A DNA stretch of 63,882 nucleotides, counting the filler, from Cercozoa sp. M6MM (taxonomy: Eukaryota; Protista; Endomyxa: Ascetosporea): NCBI GenBank assembly GCA_040357565.1. It is 10 parts of 10 records of this genome, joined end to end, with 100 filler letters (N's around TTAATTAATTAA, not from the genome) between each part and the next. Parts side by side here need not be neighbours in the genome. Positions count along the whole stretch, not along the records: positions 12,240 to 34,054 come from JBDODJ010000189.1; 9 more parts are not named here. One strand, written 5' to 3'. The notes beneath the pieces were generated by a model. The model made no database searches, was not told where the DNA came from, and was given only the letters and a program-made list of their open reading frames with translations. Positions 12,265 to 25,154 of this stretch are shown in pieces; the first letter of the stretch is position 1; every line of letters begins with the position of its first letter. A program made the translations under genes and the position numbers.

Positions 12265-12918
12265 AGCCGACGAAGGTAGCGGCGGCGGCGATAAGCGAGG
12301 CGCGGCGACTGCAGGACGACGTCGTGCTGATCGACACGGCGGGCCGCATGGTGAACAACGAGCCTCTGATGCGCGCACTCTCGAAACTGATCGTGAGCAA
12401 CCGACCCGACCTGGTGCTCTTCGTGGGCGAAGCTCTGGTCGGCAACGACGCTCTGCAGCAGCTCACGATGTTCAACGCCTCGCTGGCCGACCTGGCGCCG
12501 CCCAACTCTCCTGCGCGACAGGTCGATGGCATCGTGCTTTCCAAGTACGACACTGTCGACGATCGCGTCGGCGCTGCTGTCAACATGAGTCGCACCGCGC
12601 GGAGACCCATCGTTTTTGTCGGCACTGGACAGGGTAGTATATGACTATAAAGATATATATATGTATATATGTATATGTATCTATGTATATATATATATAT
12701 TCTATGTATGTATGTTTATGTATCTATGTATATGTATGTATATCTATTTATGTATCTATGTCTATGTCTATGTATCTATGTCTATGTATCTATGTTTATA
12801 TACATATATATATATATAGATGTATAAATATGTATTGATGTTTATACATGCCACCGTAGATTACGGTGACATTCGACGCATGAATGTGCGCGAGATGGTG
12901 CGTCGTCTGCTGCGCTAA
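12265..12918 (+). CDS. SRPRA: Signal recognition particle receptor alpha subunit, C-terminal GTPase part (5' truncated)
   Basis: [69 protein letters not shown], last exon ending in TAA. Confidence 0.93.
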
Positions 12919-13219
12919 GCTGCCTTGTTTATTAGCTACACTAATCACACGCCCACATCTGCTGACAATACATTTGACTACATTCAGTCTGGCGTGACTT
13001 AACTGAATGCAGTAGCGCGCGCAAGCGACGGGTGTTTCAAGTTTAAGTTGAAACTGAAAGTTTAAGAACTGAAGCAGCATTCAGATGCCCCTACTGTGTA
13101 CTACAGTCGAGTACTCAGCAGGCGTTCAATCTTCCGAGAAATACAGTGCAAATCTGGTGTCGGTTGTCACTTTGCTTCAGTCCAGTTGGCGTTTTACAGA
13201 CGGAACACGAAGAAACGCG

Positions 13220-14751
13220 ATGAAACTACTTGCGTTGCTTGCGCTCATGAGTATCGCGGCGATGAGCACCGCCACCGAGGCGACGCAAGCGACCGCTGCT
13301 GACCAGGAGCAGGCGAGTGTCGGGGCTGTCACTCCTGTCGCATCGGACACCGCAGTGACCGCACCATTTCGCGCCCCCGCCCCAAGCCCAACAACAGTAC
13401 ACAATATAGTGCTGCTAGCCTTTGATACTTCAAGACCTGATTTGTGTGCTGTCAATACTAAATTTTACATTGTAAAATTTAGTCCTCCGAGGTTGGATCG
13501 CCTGTTGTTCCTGAGGAACCGACCCAGATGCCTGTAGTTTATTCTAATACCATTACTTAATACAATATCATCGTACGTTACCCACTACCCAGATGTTATT
13601 ATAGTAACTTGGTTTCATTCAGAAGTTTATGCTCGTTTACAGTCAATATAAAATTGATCTTACAGTCCAGTTGCTTTCTCAAAGATAAATTTATGACTGT
13701 GTTTGATGTGCGGGAGCAGCAACGACAAGTCGAACTAGAACAGCAACTGCTCCACGTCGGACAAGCGCTCGAACGAATCGAGGCTGCAACGGCTCGCCAA
13801 CAAGCCGAGATTCTGACACTGCTGCCGCAGTTTCCCCATCAGGTACCCGAGGTCAGTGAGGTGGGGTACTGTTTCCAAGCTACCACTACCGCGTGACTCT
13901 GTGTGTACTGGCAGTTGCAAACAGATGCTCAACAAGAACTGGACAGTCTAATTCGAGACATCAGGCAAACGATCGAACAACAGAAAGCTCAAACATCCGG
14001 TCAGTTACGCCGCGATTTCCAACAGTCGCCAGACCAGTTCCAGGCGACTGTCCAAAAAGTGACGGAACAACTGGCAGATCTCGAGCAACGCTGTGCTCAA
14101 GCACTGGAAGAATTGAAGCGGCGGGTTATTGACACTCTGGTAAGGAAGCCTCTGAGCAACAAGCTATATGTTGAACACACTCGTTGTTTAGCACCGCGGC
14201 TACTGGGCGATAGTTCTGCAGGAACTCGAAACCACACTGCGAACCCACATTGGAGACATGACGGCTCGCCTTACAGATCTAAAACTGCGGGTACAATTTC
14301 CTTCCGTTTCACTCCTTGCACTTCCTTGTTTGACTGTTAGTAGGCCGGCGCAACTCCCGAGGCAGCACTGCAGGCAATGCAGCATCAATTTGTAGAACAG
14401 AACGCTGCGATGATCGAAGGCATTAAAGAAACACGTGTCACGCTCGAGCAGCGTGCTAAGCAGCTGGTCGCCGAAGTAAACTGACTTTGAACCTGGCTGA
14501 ATTTGCGGAATCCTCTTGTAGAAAGAAGCTACTGAATTCATCCGACACCTGGATCTACTGCACACTGAGGCGATGGCTTTGATGCGAGCCCAGCACCAAG
14601 CACTCGAACAAGTGGAGCTGCGAGAACCTGTATTCACTTTCTGTTTACACACCTTGTGTCTCACTTTACGGCGTGTCTACGTGGGTAGCAAGTGGAAGCA
14701 GAGGAGGAGGAAAGAGAGGAGGAAGAAGCAGAGGAGGAAGAAGCAGAATAG
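13220..14751 (+). CDS. Predicted secreted coiled-coil protein of unknown function
   Basis: Signal-peptide-like MKLLALLALMSIAAMSTA, a Thr/Ala/Pro-rich exon, Q/E/L-rich helical exons and an acidic tail ending at TAG 14749-14751. The frame continues to 14841. Confidence 0.6.
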
Positions 14752-15287
14752 GAAGAATTCGAGGAGAAAACAGAGCAGAGGGAGGAGGAAGATACAACCC
14801 CTCCGGTAGCCTCGAGACTGACATTTGGCCGGATACTGTAGCCGAACACTCAAACTAGTTCTTCCGCTTCTGTTTCATGCACCAATTGACTGTTTAGTGT
14901 CTAAGTAAGAAGTTAACTCATGCTAGGCTCAGAACGTACGTCTGAGCATTTTTCAGATTTTTGGCGTTTCTCCAGTGATTTTTTACCTGAGAATGCACTT
15001 TTTTTTGTCGTGTCTACGCTTTGAGACTCACCAGAGTATCACTTTAAGTTTAAGTTGACGAGATGGAAAGGGTTTTCTGCGCTTAAATTTAAAGTGCTCA
15101 AATGTGTTTGGAACACGCCTTTTAATAGGCGCAAGCGAGTGCTGTTAGTTCTTTGTGTAATTGAACGAAGTGAAAACACTACCAAGTCCGCATAGTTCAA
15201 GTTTGAGCCAGATAACCGTCGTTGCTTCCGCCCGTTTAACGAAAACGTCGATCGACACCTTTGTTCTGTTTTGTGCTCGGCCCGGGG

Positions 15288-16378
15288 ATGGAGCGCCAGG
15301 AGGTGGCTGCGCTGGAACGACAGTTCCCGCAGCTGTCCCTGCAAAAGAATGGCCGCTCTTTGGGTATGCAGTCAGTTAGTCTCTTTTCTTATTTTTTTGT
15401 TGTGACCCGCGTTTTTCCTGGAGGCAACCAAACCGCGTGTATCTCTTGAATATTGTGAAACGTAGTTCGACAAGGTCAGCTGATGGTAGCCGGCGCCGTG
15501 CTGGGTACCTTGTACAGTGGTTCTGTGCTTGTTCGCATGCGAAACCCGCTGTGCAGGCGGAGCAAAGCCGAAACCAATGTCGCTTTTTCTGTTTAACGAT
15601 GCGTTGCTGCTGGCTGCAAGCAGTTCGTTGACGCCGTTCTTTGGTTCGTGTGTGCCTTGAAAACCGTGTGACTGACGGAGAAACTGAGAGTGCTTTTCGC
15701 TTTGTGCGCAGGCAAGTCGTTCTTGACCGAAAAGCTTCGCGTGTGCCTCTTTTTGGATTTTACTGCCGATGCTGTCGTTGCTGGTACTGGCAGTTTTTGA
15801 GGGCTTTTATCAGTTTCACTTGTTGCGACTGCGCAGAGGAACCGCGCGTGGTGGCTTTGCCCACAAACTTTCGCGCTCTGCTTTGCTTTCAGGTCTGCTG
15901 TTTGGTTGGCTTTCTTTGTCTTGCACACATGGACTTGCTGTCGACAGGTGCGTTCGATGGCGACGTCGTTTGTGGCACAGTGTGAGTCGCCTACCGAAGC
16001 ATCTGAATGGTTTGATTCTTTTTTGCTTTGCTTGCTTTCTTTGCCATCTGCTAATGTAACAGGTTGTTGCAACTCCAAACACTGCTGAACGAGTGTCGTT
16101 TGATGCGGTATCTTTCCCTTCGTTTTGTGAAAAATCTCGAAATGCCGTTCTTCCACTTCAGAGACGCTAGGCGAAGGCGTCGACTCGAACGAGGTGCGTT
16201 GCTTTCTCCTTTCTTTGTAAAACTGAACGGAGTAATCGTAGCTCTTTACGCTGACATGTATTTCGACAACGACAACGACGAAGATGAAGACGAAAGCGAC
16301 GACGAGTTCAACAGCAGCATAGATGCCTTTCATCTCAGTGTACTCTCTGCATACTCTTTATGTTGTGTTCTCTACGCG

Positions 16379-16430
<52 letters not shown>

Positions 16431-18385
16431 GAGCCGTCAAAAAAGCGAGCTGAAACCGCACCGGTTTGGAAGGACGATTCAGCCACTTCGTGCGTTTCTT
16501 GCTTTCGACATGATTGAAAACGTTTCTTTGTGCGCAGTCAGTGTCCACTTTGCGCCAATCGATTCTCGATAATTCTGCGAAAACACGTAAAATGTGTTTC
16601 ATTGGTTGGTCGTGCTTGTGTGTTTAGATAGTCGTGCTTTGCGTGCGTGTAAAGCACTGCCGTCGTTGCGGCGACGTTGTTTGCGACAAGTGCTCGCGAA
16701 ATCGTCAGTTGCTGCGTTTCTCCAGGTGAGCAATCTCCTGTGTCGATTCGCACACATTCACAACTCACTGCAGTCAGCCTGTTCGTGTCTGCGATCGGTG
16801 CATTCGGGAACCTGCAGTCAGGAAGAAGGACAGTGACAGTGATTTGAAGAAAGAATGCTTCCGCGCGGAAGGTGCACACTTTTGACTCAGTGATTAGAGA
16901 GATAATTTTGGATTCTGCGCTTGTGTTGTGTCAGCTGGATTTGTGAAACTGCTGCGCATTATCGCGGCCATGCAGCGACACAGTCGACGGTGTTTTTTTC
17001 TTGCTCTTGATTTCGTCGATGGTAACTGGGTGTCTTCAGGTGGATGCGTGCAGCCGAGTGGCGAACCGTTTTCGAATCGCTTCGGCCCATCACCGAGTTG
17101 TACCAGACCACAGTTTCGACTGTACATTTCGCTTTCACGTGTGTGTGTGCGACTTGACCTCACAGACACACGAAGATCTGGAACGAAATGCGAATCGCAC
17201 GCAAGAAAGGAGTAAACTGACCAGTCGACCGGTCTTGTCATTGTTCAATGCAGTGTGTGCTTGTGTCAGCAGGGCAATCCGTTCGAAATCCTCTTCAAGC
17301 ACGCGAATTCCTTCTTTCGGTATTTTCACGTGTCTTCCTTGACTGGACGACATTTGTGCTGTTGTATCTTTTTGCTTCAGTGGCTACGAAAGCTACGCGC
17401 GGACGCAACAAGACCGTTTAGACATGTACACTTGCTGTCGTCAGCTTTGACTGGTGCGGAGTGTCAAATATATGCAGTGTCGAACGACTACAAAGTCACG
17501 TTTTGTTCACTGCACTGGCTCAGGTACAGTTTTGTTTAATCGGGGTTGTTTAATCAAGACCCTTTTTTGGATTGGCTTTTCTGCATTGGCACGTGTTCTG
17601 TAGGAACTTGCAGTGCCACTGCCGTGCACACACATGTGATCATGCTTTAGTAAAGTCGGGCTTTGTGTTTATGCTTTGTTTGTTGTTTGTTGCAGCTTCA
17701 TGGCGCCGCTGTTTCACTTGCAGAAACATAGCTCTATCTGTCGGCGTGCACAGTGTACGTAGTTTGCTTGTGTTTGCCATTTGGTTTGTATCGAGCTTTC
17801 TTTAGCACAAGAGTCGACGCGCAAACTGGCGGACTCCTTGGACACGATTGATCACAAGCTGCAGGTGCTTTGAGCTTTCGATTGTGAAGACAGTTGTGTT
17901 GTTGTATTCATTCATTCTATTTTTGCTTTAGTTGGCCAAACACGACGCAGCCTTGGCTCGTGTGGTCAGTTTCTTTCTTGCTTTAGTGTTTCTTTAACGT
18001 AAGCGTGTGGCTTGTTGTAGTATTGTCAACTGGCCGAACGCATCTGCGCTCAGGACGTTGTGGTACACCGGCCTCAATCTATTGAGTGTGTGTTGGTCCT
18101 TGCTGCTTGCTGAGTGCCTGTTGTTTCCAGTTGTTCCCGATGCACTCGAAACTCGTCAAATTCGGTCGCGTCGCGAATTTCGTTCCGCTCGAAGTGAAGT
18201 TCGGTTCGGCCTCTTCGGTGTCGCTGCTTTACCCTTCTCCCTTAACCTGCGCTATGTGTGCGTATGCAGTTGCAACAAGAAGGCATGGCCTACGTCTACC
18301 TCTTCTCGGATAGAATTCTCGTGACTGATGAGGCTCATCACACACAAGGGTATCTCTACTTCTTTCCTTCCTCTGTTGTTGCAAC

Positions 18386-18434
<49 letters not shown>

Positions 18435-19923
18435 GGCAGTGAGGTGCGATTGCACGCGTGTCTGCAGCACCAGACGCTGCAGGTGTCGTCTCTTGCTCCT
18501 CCTTCCTGCAACTCCAGCAGTCCCGGGGGCGACAACTGCAACACCGAGATCGTGCTGGAGGCACGCGAGCCGCTGCAGCAGACGATTCGTCTGCGCTTCG
18601 CGAACGCCGACGAGACTGAGCAGTGTGCGTTTCTTTCTTCTGTGCACCTTTATTTTCGGCTATGTATCTATATATATATATATACTTATATATTTATATA
18701 TAATCTATACGTATATATATATGTATAGATATATATATATCCTTAGATATATACTCATATATACTATATATACTAATAGATTATATACCTATATGTGTGT
18801 GTGGTGGGACGGTAGGGCACTCGAGAATAATGGCGACGGTGGCCACCTTTGTTTCGGGCGTGACTGAGTGCGCTTTCACCTTGCTTCTCTCCGTGTTCGT
18901 GTGTGTATATGTGTGTGTATATATACATATATATATATATATGTGTGTATACATATACATGTGTATATATATGTATATATGTGTGTATACATATATATAT
19001 ATATGTGGGTGTGTGTGTGTTGACACTTGCGTTTTTCTCCGAGCAGACGTTTGTGTCGTGCCGTCGGCGAAAGCAATCTCCTGTCGCTGCGAGGTCGGTG
19101 TTTCCCTTGTTTTTGAACCGAGCGTGTGTGTATTTTTCGACTGCTGCAGACGCCTTCAGCGACGCCGAGGAGACGTTCCCGCCTGCTTCGATGGAACAGG
19201 CGCTGCGACTCGCACTGCGACACGTCGACACTGTGCTGGTGCACGCTCTCGCACCACCGTGTTGCTTTCTTCTACACTCCTCCCTCACTGCAGGACGAGG
19301 AGGAACGCATCCGCGCGGAAGCTGTGGTCGCTTTGCTGTTGCGCAAAGGAGCGCCCTACAGCAAGGAGCAGCTGCCGGCCATCGTTGCTGTCGTTCGTTC
19401 CGTCGCGTGAGTTCACCCCCTTCCCGTTAACCCAGTCTTACCCCCCCCCCCCCGTGTGATGCATGTCCGTGTGATGCAGCTGCGAAAACGCCAGTGTGGC
19501 GCCTTTGCCCTGGCCGGAATTCAGCCTGAGGTAGCATTGTTTTTCATTCGTTTTGTTTTCCTGGTTTGAGTGATAGAGTGCGATGAATGCAGCTGAACTG
19601 GTCGCCACATATTGTACCATTAGATAGTCACAACAACAACAACAGCAACAGCAACAGCAACAAAACACTGAGAAACTTCTGTACCACACAGAGTCAGAGA
19701 CGTGCAGTGCCTCCTCCTCCTCCGTGCGCTCTGTGTTACCCCCCCCCCCCCCTCCATGTGTACTATGAGTTGTGTGCACAGAAGGAAACTGAAGCCCCCG
19801 CCGCCACCTGGTGCACGCGAGACGAAACTCAACTCGGAGCAGTCGCCGTTCGGCACTGCGCACGCCATGCTCGCGCGCGTCCTGCAGCAGCACTCCTCCG
19901 CGCAGCGCGCCGGCACGGCATGA
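15288..19923 (+). CDS. PH-FYVE domain protein with a further DH-like/PH region, multi-exon
   Basis: PH: RSLVRQGQLM..KPKPMSLFLFNDALLLAA..SFVAQCESPTEASEW. FYVE: APVWKDDSATS..CPLCANRFSIILRKHHCRRCGDVVCDKCS..VRVCDRC. Second PH-like: KLVKFGRV..YVYLFSDRILVT. Continuity of the 3' half is less certain. Confidence 0.72.
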
Positions 19924-20299
19924 CCTGGCACCTTCGCTAGTTGAAAACGACGTTGTGTCCGGTCACGGTTCGGTTTAGTGACCCAAGCTACGGCTAAAAT
20001 GTTACAGACTGGCTCAGATTATGCAGTCTCCGCGGGGATAGACCCGGACAGACCACGCCAGTTGAAGCAAAAGAGAAAGAAGAGTTAAGAGTCTGTGGCT
20101 CTGCGGTACTACTGCCTATAGAGCTGTGACTGGATCTGTCCGAAAGCCTGTCCTGTAGATTGAGCCTGCCAGTTGGCAAAGAGAAACCCTCATCTCTGGT
20201 CAGTTGCTCTGCAGTTTGTACTGATATCCACCTCTACAAGTAAGCATTGGCTGCTGTAGAGAGAAGGTTTTTGGTTAAATCTTCTCACAATTTTCCACG

Positions 20300-23200
20300 T
20301 GACGAAAGATTCCGTCTACAACTCCGTCTAAGTTTAGTTTGACGTAAGAACCCGGTTGGGGTAATTCTTCACTTCGCTTCTACCTGATGAACTTGATTCC
20401 CTCGCTTCGTCCAATTGACGACTTACTTTTATTTAGTTCTTTTCACTGACAACCGTCAGTAACAAAAACATGTGAAGTTAGTGCAGCCGGCACCGACATC
20501 AACTACCCGCGTCCTCGCAACAGGGATGGCGCACGGCGAATTCGTCCGTCGGTAGAACTGGCCACGCATACGTAAAGTGTGCAACTGAGACACTGTATGG
20601 GGTGCAGTTACGCTAGCCACGGTGTGCAGTATCTCGATTGGCAGACCACTGCAGAAGAGCAACGCCAGGAGAGCTCTTGTGTTGTGTACCTGTGTGTGGT
20701 ATAGTAATTTACAAAGGTCAGAGCTTAGACTGTTCAGAGTTCAAACTGTTCACAGTTCGGAGATATAGATTATACCTTTGCCAGCTGCGTTTGCAACGAG
20801 TACGTGCGATCAATCTGCCGTTGCAGTTCGCGAGCGCATTCGCGGAGCGCCTTGACTTCAGTCTTCCCGAAGTCGCTGTTGCTCTGTTTGTTTCATTTAT
20901 CAACTGAAAGCAGAGCACTCAAACAAACGCAGACACTTACGCTTTCGCATCCGCAGATCTTTTCAACAGTTTCGCGTATGCTGTCGATGTGCATCATGTC
21001 ATCTTGGTATTCGTGCAGTCCGTCTGACAGTACAAATTTACAGTTCACTCAAGCATCGAGTACTCGCGTTAACGTTGTGTGCGACACCTTCTTGCACATG
21101 GTGCTGCCAGACGTAGTTGGGAATCAGTTTGCTGAGCTTGCGGTTGTTGACCTCATTCACTGTTCCAGAGAAAGTGAGCACAAAAGCGGCCACGAACTGT
21201 AACACGAACACTCGGTATTGTTTGCTACCTTTGCGCCAGTAGCGCATTCGCATCTGTCGGCGTTTAAGAACCAACTCTTGCCACAGTCGAAACTGGTCGT
21301 CGAGCGACGAATTCTTGATGAACTTGCGCGGGAACTGTTTACCTCCCAACACTTCTCTACTCTCAACAAATACAGATCAATATAGCTACTCCCTCGGTAC
21401 GGTCAGAACAAACTGTACAAAAGAAGGTCCACTCCCGTAGAGTAACGCAAAGCCGCGATTGGCACTGTCACGTCTCCTGCGATGTTGTCCGGTACAGTTA
21501 TTTGACCCATACAGACTTTTAATTTGTACCTTTATTAAGCAGTTTGGCGCAGTGAGAGTTCGCCAGTCCCACTCTTTTGCGACACTGTTTCCACCAACTG
21601 AGTGCTTTTGTTTTTTGGAGGAAACTTCGATGTAGCGCGTGAATGTAGGCTTTGGCAATACGCACCGCACATGTTGAATGCCAGTTAAATCATATTTAAA
21701 GCAAAAAGGTACGACTGCTCGTTTGCAAAGCAACCATCGTGAGTGCGTGACGGCAGGTATCGAGTGACGACTTTTGCATCTAAATTTGAGGCAACGGAAG
21801 GATTGAGCACTGTTGCAAACTGAAATAAGGCTGTTGCGAAATTCAATTTTATTTTACCAACGTGGTGATATAATCAATGATGTCGTCAGGCGCCAGAGTC
21901 TGCGGGCCCAGCTGGAGGTTGTCTAGGTGAGTCGACACAAATATCGATACTGTGGAGGCACTCTGACTCCTGGAGCAAACAACGAAAACGAAGGTTTATG
22001 TCAGTAGCAACGACAAAGATGGCAATCAAAGAGAAATTGTGCGTACTCTAATTGAGCTTGGAGGCACGGTGCGTTGGCACAGTGCAAACTGAGCATCAGT
22101 TACAGGAGCTATAAAAGACATCCAAACCAAAGAAACAGCGAACTCACAGTAGTTGGAAAAGCGAAGGCGACGCAGAGCGCCAGAAGGCGCCAGACATGTG
22201 CGAAATCACACCTGCTGCTCTCTCCTACTCGTTTCCATCAACTCCAGGGTTTTTGATCAATTTACGGTCAAGTTTGCAGTTCAAAATCACTTTATATTCT
22301 CGTACATTTGCTTGCGCGAGGAGGCTGCTGAGCTCGCAGTTCGAGAAACGCTCCATCATTTCTGGTGATACACATACGTTGACAATCGGTCCGGTAGCCT
22401 CGATTGATAAGCAAATGAATCAATACGACAACAGATGCGAGCCTGAGTTTCGACTGCGTCTGTCGCCAAGGCGTCCTAAAAATAAACGCGTACAGTCAGA
22501 CGTGTGCAAAAATAACTGGCAAAGCTGTACGTATTTCGAGGCAACATTGCCCAATGTCTGGTGGGTGACACAAACAAACGTGTTCCAGTTGTATGCCAAT
22601 CCTGTGGTTAGATCTAAGTTTACCGTCGCAGCGTTGGAAATTCAACTTTTGTTGTGTGTGCAAGTTTCGCTCTCTCCAGTCTGTTCAGTTCAGTCGAGAC
22701 TAAATAGTCAAGCAATGCGGTAGAGAAGCCAATCAAACCGTGATCGACCAGATCGTCGATTGTTTTGATGTTCAGTCGAGATAGTAAACGACGCAGTGGC
22801 GTTCGACCGCTCTTCGCGTTGGCCAGACAGGCCTGCACTCAATTAAGTAAATTTACTTGAGAAGTTTGGAGAGGAGAGTCTCAGTCAGTGCACAAACCCG
22901 AATGATGACGCAGTTGTTTTGAGTCAAGAAAGTGCACTCTCTCTCGTCGGAGAAGCCCTCACTCAGCACGCAACTCAGCAAGTCAGAGTCACCTTGGAAC
23001 ACATGCGACCACAGTGGCTCTGCGGCTTCTGCAAAGTCACAAACTGCGCTATTAATTGACTGTATCAGGCGCATCCTCCATTAATGCAAAAGCGAAGTGT
23101 ACCCCAGTCAGCACGTTTGTCGAACAAAGCCGATACTGTCTGCATCGAATCTTGCCTCTGGATCGGCGCAGTTTCTTAAATTGAAGTGAAACTCACCCAA

Positions 23201-24760
23201 CTTATACTCAAAGAAAGGTACCAAGAATTCAAGCAGGTCAGACGCCTTCGTGTCCAACAGGTGCACTGCACACAGGCACCCTTGTGCATGTCCTACTATC
23301 CAGGTAGGTAAAGAGCAGGTGAGGTGTTACGCTGTGTTTGCGTGAAAGCGTAGCGACACGCAGCGATGCGATGCGCGAGAAAGTGTTGTTTCAGATATTG
23401 TCGCAACTGCTGCAGCAGCCACGCCAACGCCGACCGCTGTGACAAACATAAAGTCACGTGCATTGCCGTCGCAACTGCGTCGTGCGACTGCAGCACTTTC
23501 ACGTAGTCGTATCTTTCTTTCGCTTCTTCGTTGCTGCCCAACAATCCTTAAGCTTATGAATTAGACACAAAAGAAGCTGTGTTACACAAAATCGAGCATT
23601 AGCTCGGCATTGTCAGACGACAAAAGCTCTCGCATTCGCAACACCCGCACACACACGTGCAAAATCAGCATTCGAAACGTTCGTCCGTGCTGGAGCACGA
23701 GTGCGTGCTCGGGCAACGAAAACCGCCACTTGTCCAGTTGTAGAAATGTCAAGCACATGGTGGGCTCTGGCACCTGAAGAGAATAAAGGGAAGATATATT
23801 TCTGTTTGAATGCGTGAAAGAAAGTCCAAGGCCTTCAGTTTTCAATTGTACATGCAGGGTAGCCTTTGACAGCGGTCTCAGTAGAACGCTAACTTTGTCG
23901 TCATGAATACACGTGATTTTGCCCGAAGAGTCCCTGAATTTGCATGCTGCGGCGATGGACTCGAGCACATACGCAGCATTTGCTTTCTTTGAAAGGACGG
24001 TCCAACCAAACATGAGTCAATTTATATGCTTAACAATGTTTACCCCTGTCAAATCACTCAGATCGACAATTTCCTTTAAGAGTGCTCCCAGTTCAAGCAC
24101 TGTGCTGTCGTCCAAACTGAATGCATTCATTTTTTCCAGTCTTGCCTTCCACAAAAATCGAAAGTCAAAGCTTACTACTCGAAACCTCGGAGACTGCTCG
24201 AGACCAAGTGCTTGACCGCATGCAACACTGTGTTTCGTTCCTTAAGTTGTGCTACTGCCCAGGTCTGCAAGTCAGGCCCAGCCTGAGGGCCGGCATTCGT
24301 GACCAGCAGTCGCAGGTGAGAAACGCCGCCTTTGATCTGACTCAACGTGAAATCTCCAAGGATTCAGGCACTCCCTACTAACATTTAAAAGATACACTGT
24401 AATTTCGATACCTCAAGATCGCTGATTGGAGGCGTGTAGATCCTGTTTCTTTTGAATCGCGTCGTTTCCGCCTTCTCCGTCTCCTCGACTTGGACGACTA
24501 TCGACCGCACAGAAATTTGGACGGATTAAGTAAAACGTGCATGATAATTCTATGAACTTACACAATTGGTTGCTCAGTCTGTCGGCTGATTCTTTCACCA
24601 GCTGCACGACGTGCGAAGTGGGCTGCAGATTATCGCAAATAACAAAAAATGGAAAATCTCACACCCCCCCCCCCCCCATAAAGCTTTACGTGATAGGAAG
24701 ACGGAAAACTCGCGCAACTTGCATTGAGCACAAGTCGCGCCCATAGCAGCCATAGTGCGC
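20300..24760 (-). CDS. One or more hypothetical multi-exon genes (helical, Leu-rich); boundaries approximate
   Basis: Series of minus-strand exon-like frames bounded by GT/AG, e.g. 22853-23074, 23296-23544 and 23582-24013. No family motif recognised. Confidence 0.35.
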
Positions 24761-25154
24761 GCATCACAGCGGTCGCTGCAAAACAAAAGACTGGGGAAAA
24801 TGTAATTTACTTTGCTAAAGGAAAAGTGAAAAGTCCGAGCCCGCGATGTTCGTTGTCGAAAATACAGTAAATTAGACATACCAGGATTTCATATAAGTTT
24901 TTAGCTACTTTCCCATACAGCTTGTACTAAAACACCGACAGCCCGAGTTCGGTCCGTCATATTCGATTCAGTCAATTGTGTTCACAGTAAGTTAAGTTAA
25001 CCTAGAGACTGAACTAACGACAGTAACAAACCGTCGCTGGTGTCGCGTGACTCCTGATTCGATGATCGATGCCGTACACGTATTAAACTTACCGAAAAAC
25101 GACCGTTGATACGTATACAGTTGGACTACTAAATTCGAAAACCATTTCCGAGTC

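Noticed and set aside
14749-14751. Possible stop-codon reassignment (TAG in poly-Glu; TGA/TAA in the paralogue)
   Set aside because: Conserved genes here terminate normally with TAG (LSM6), TGA (LOX, AP4B1) and TAA (RIC8, SRPRA), and their exons show no in-frame stops.
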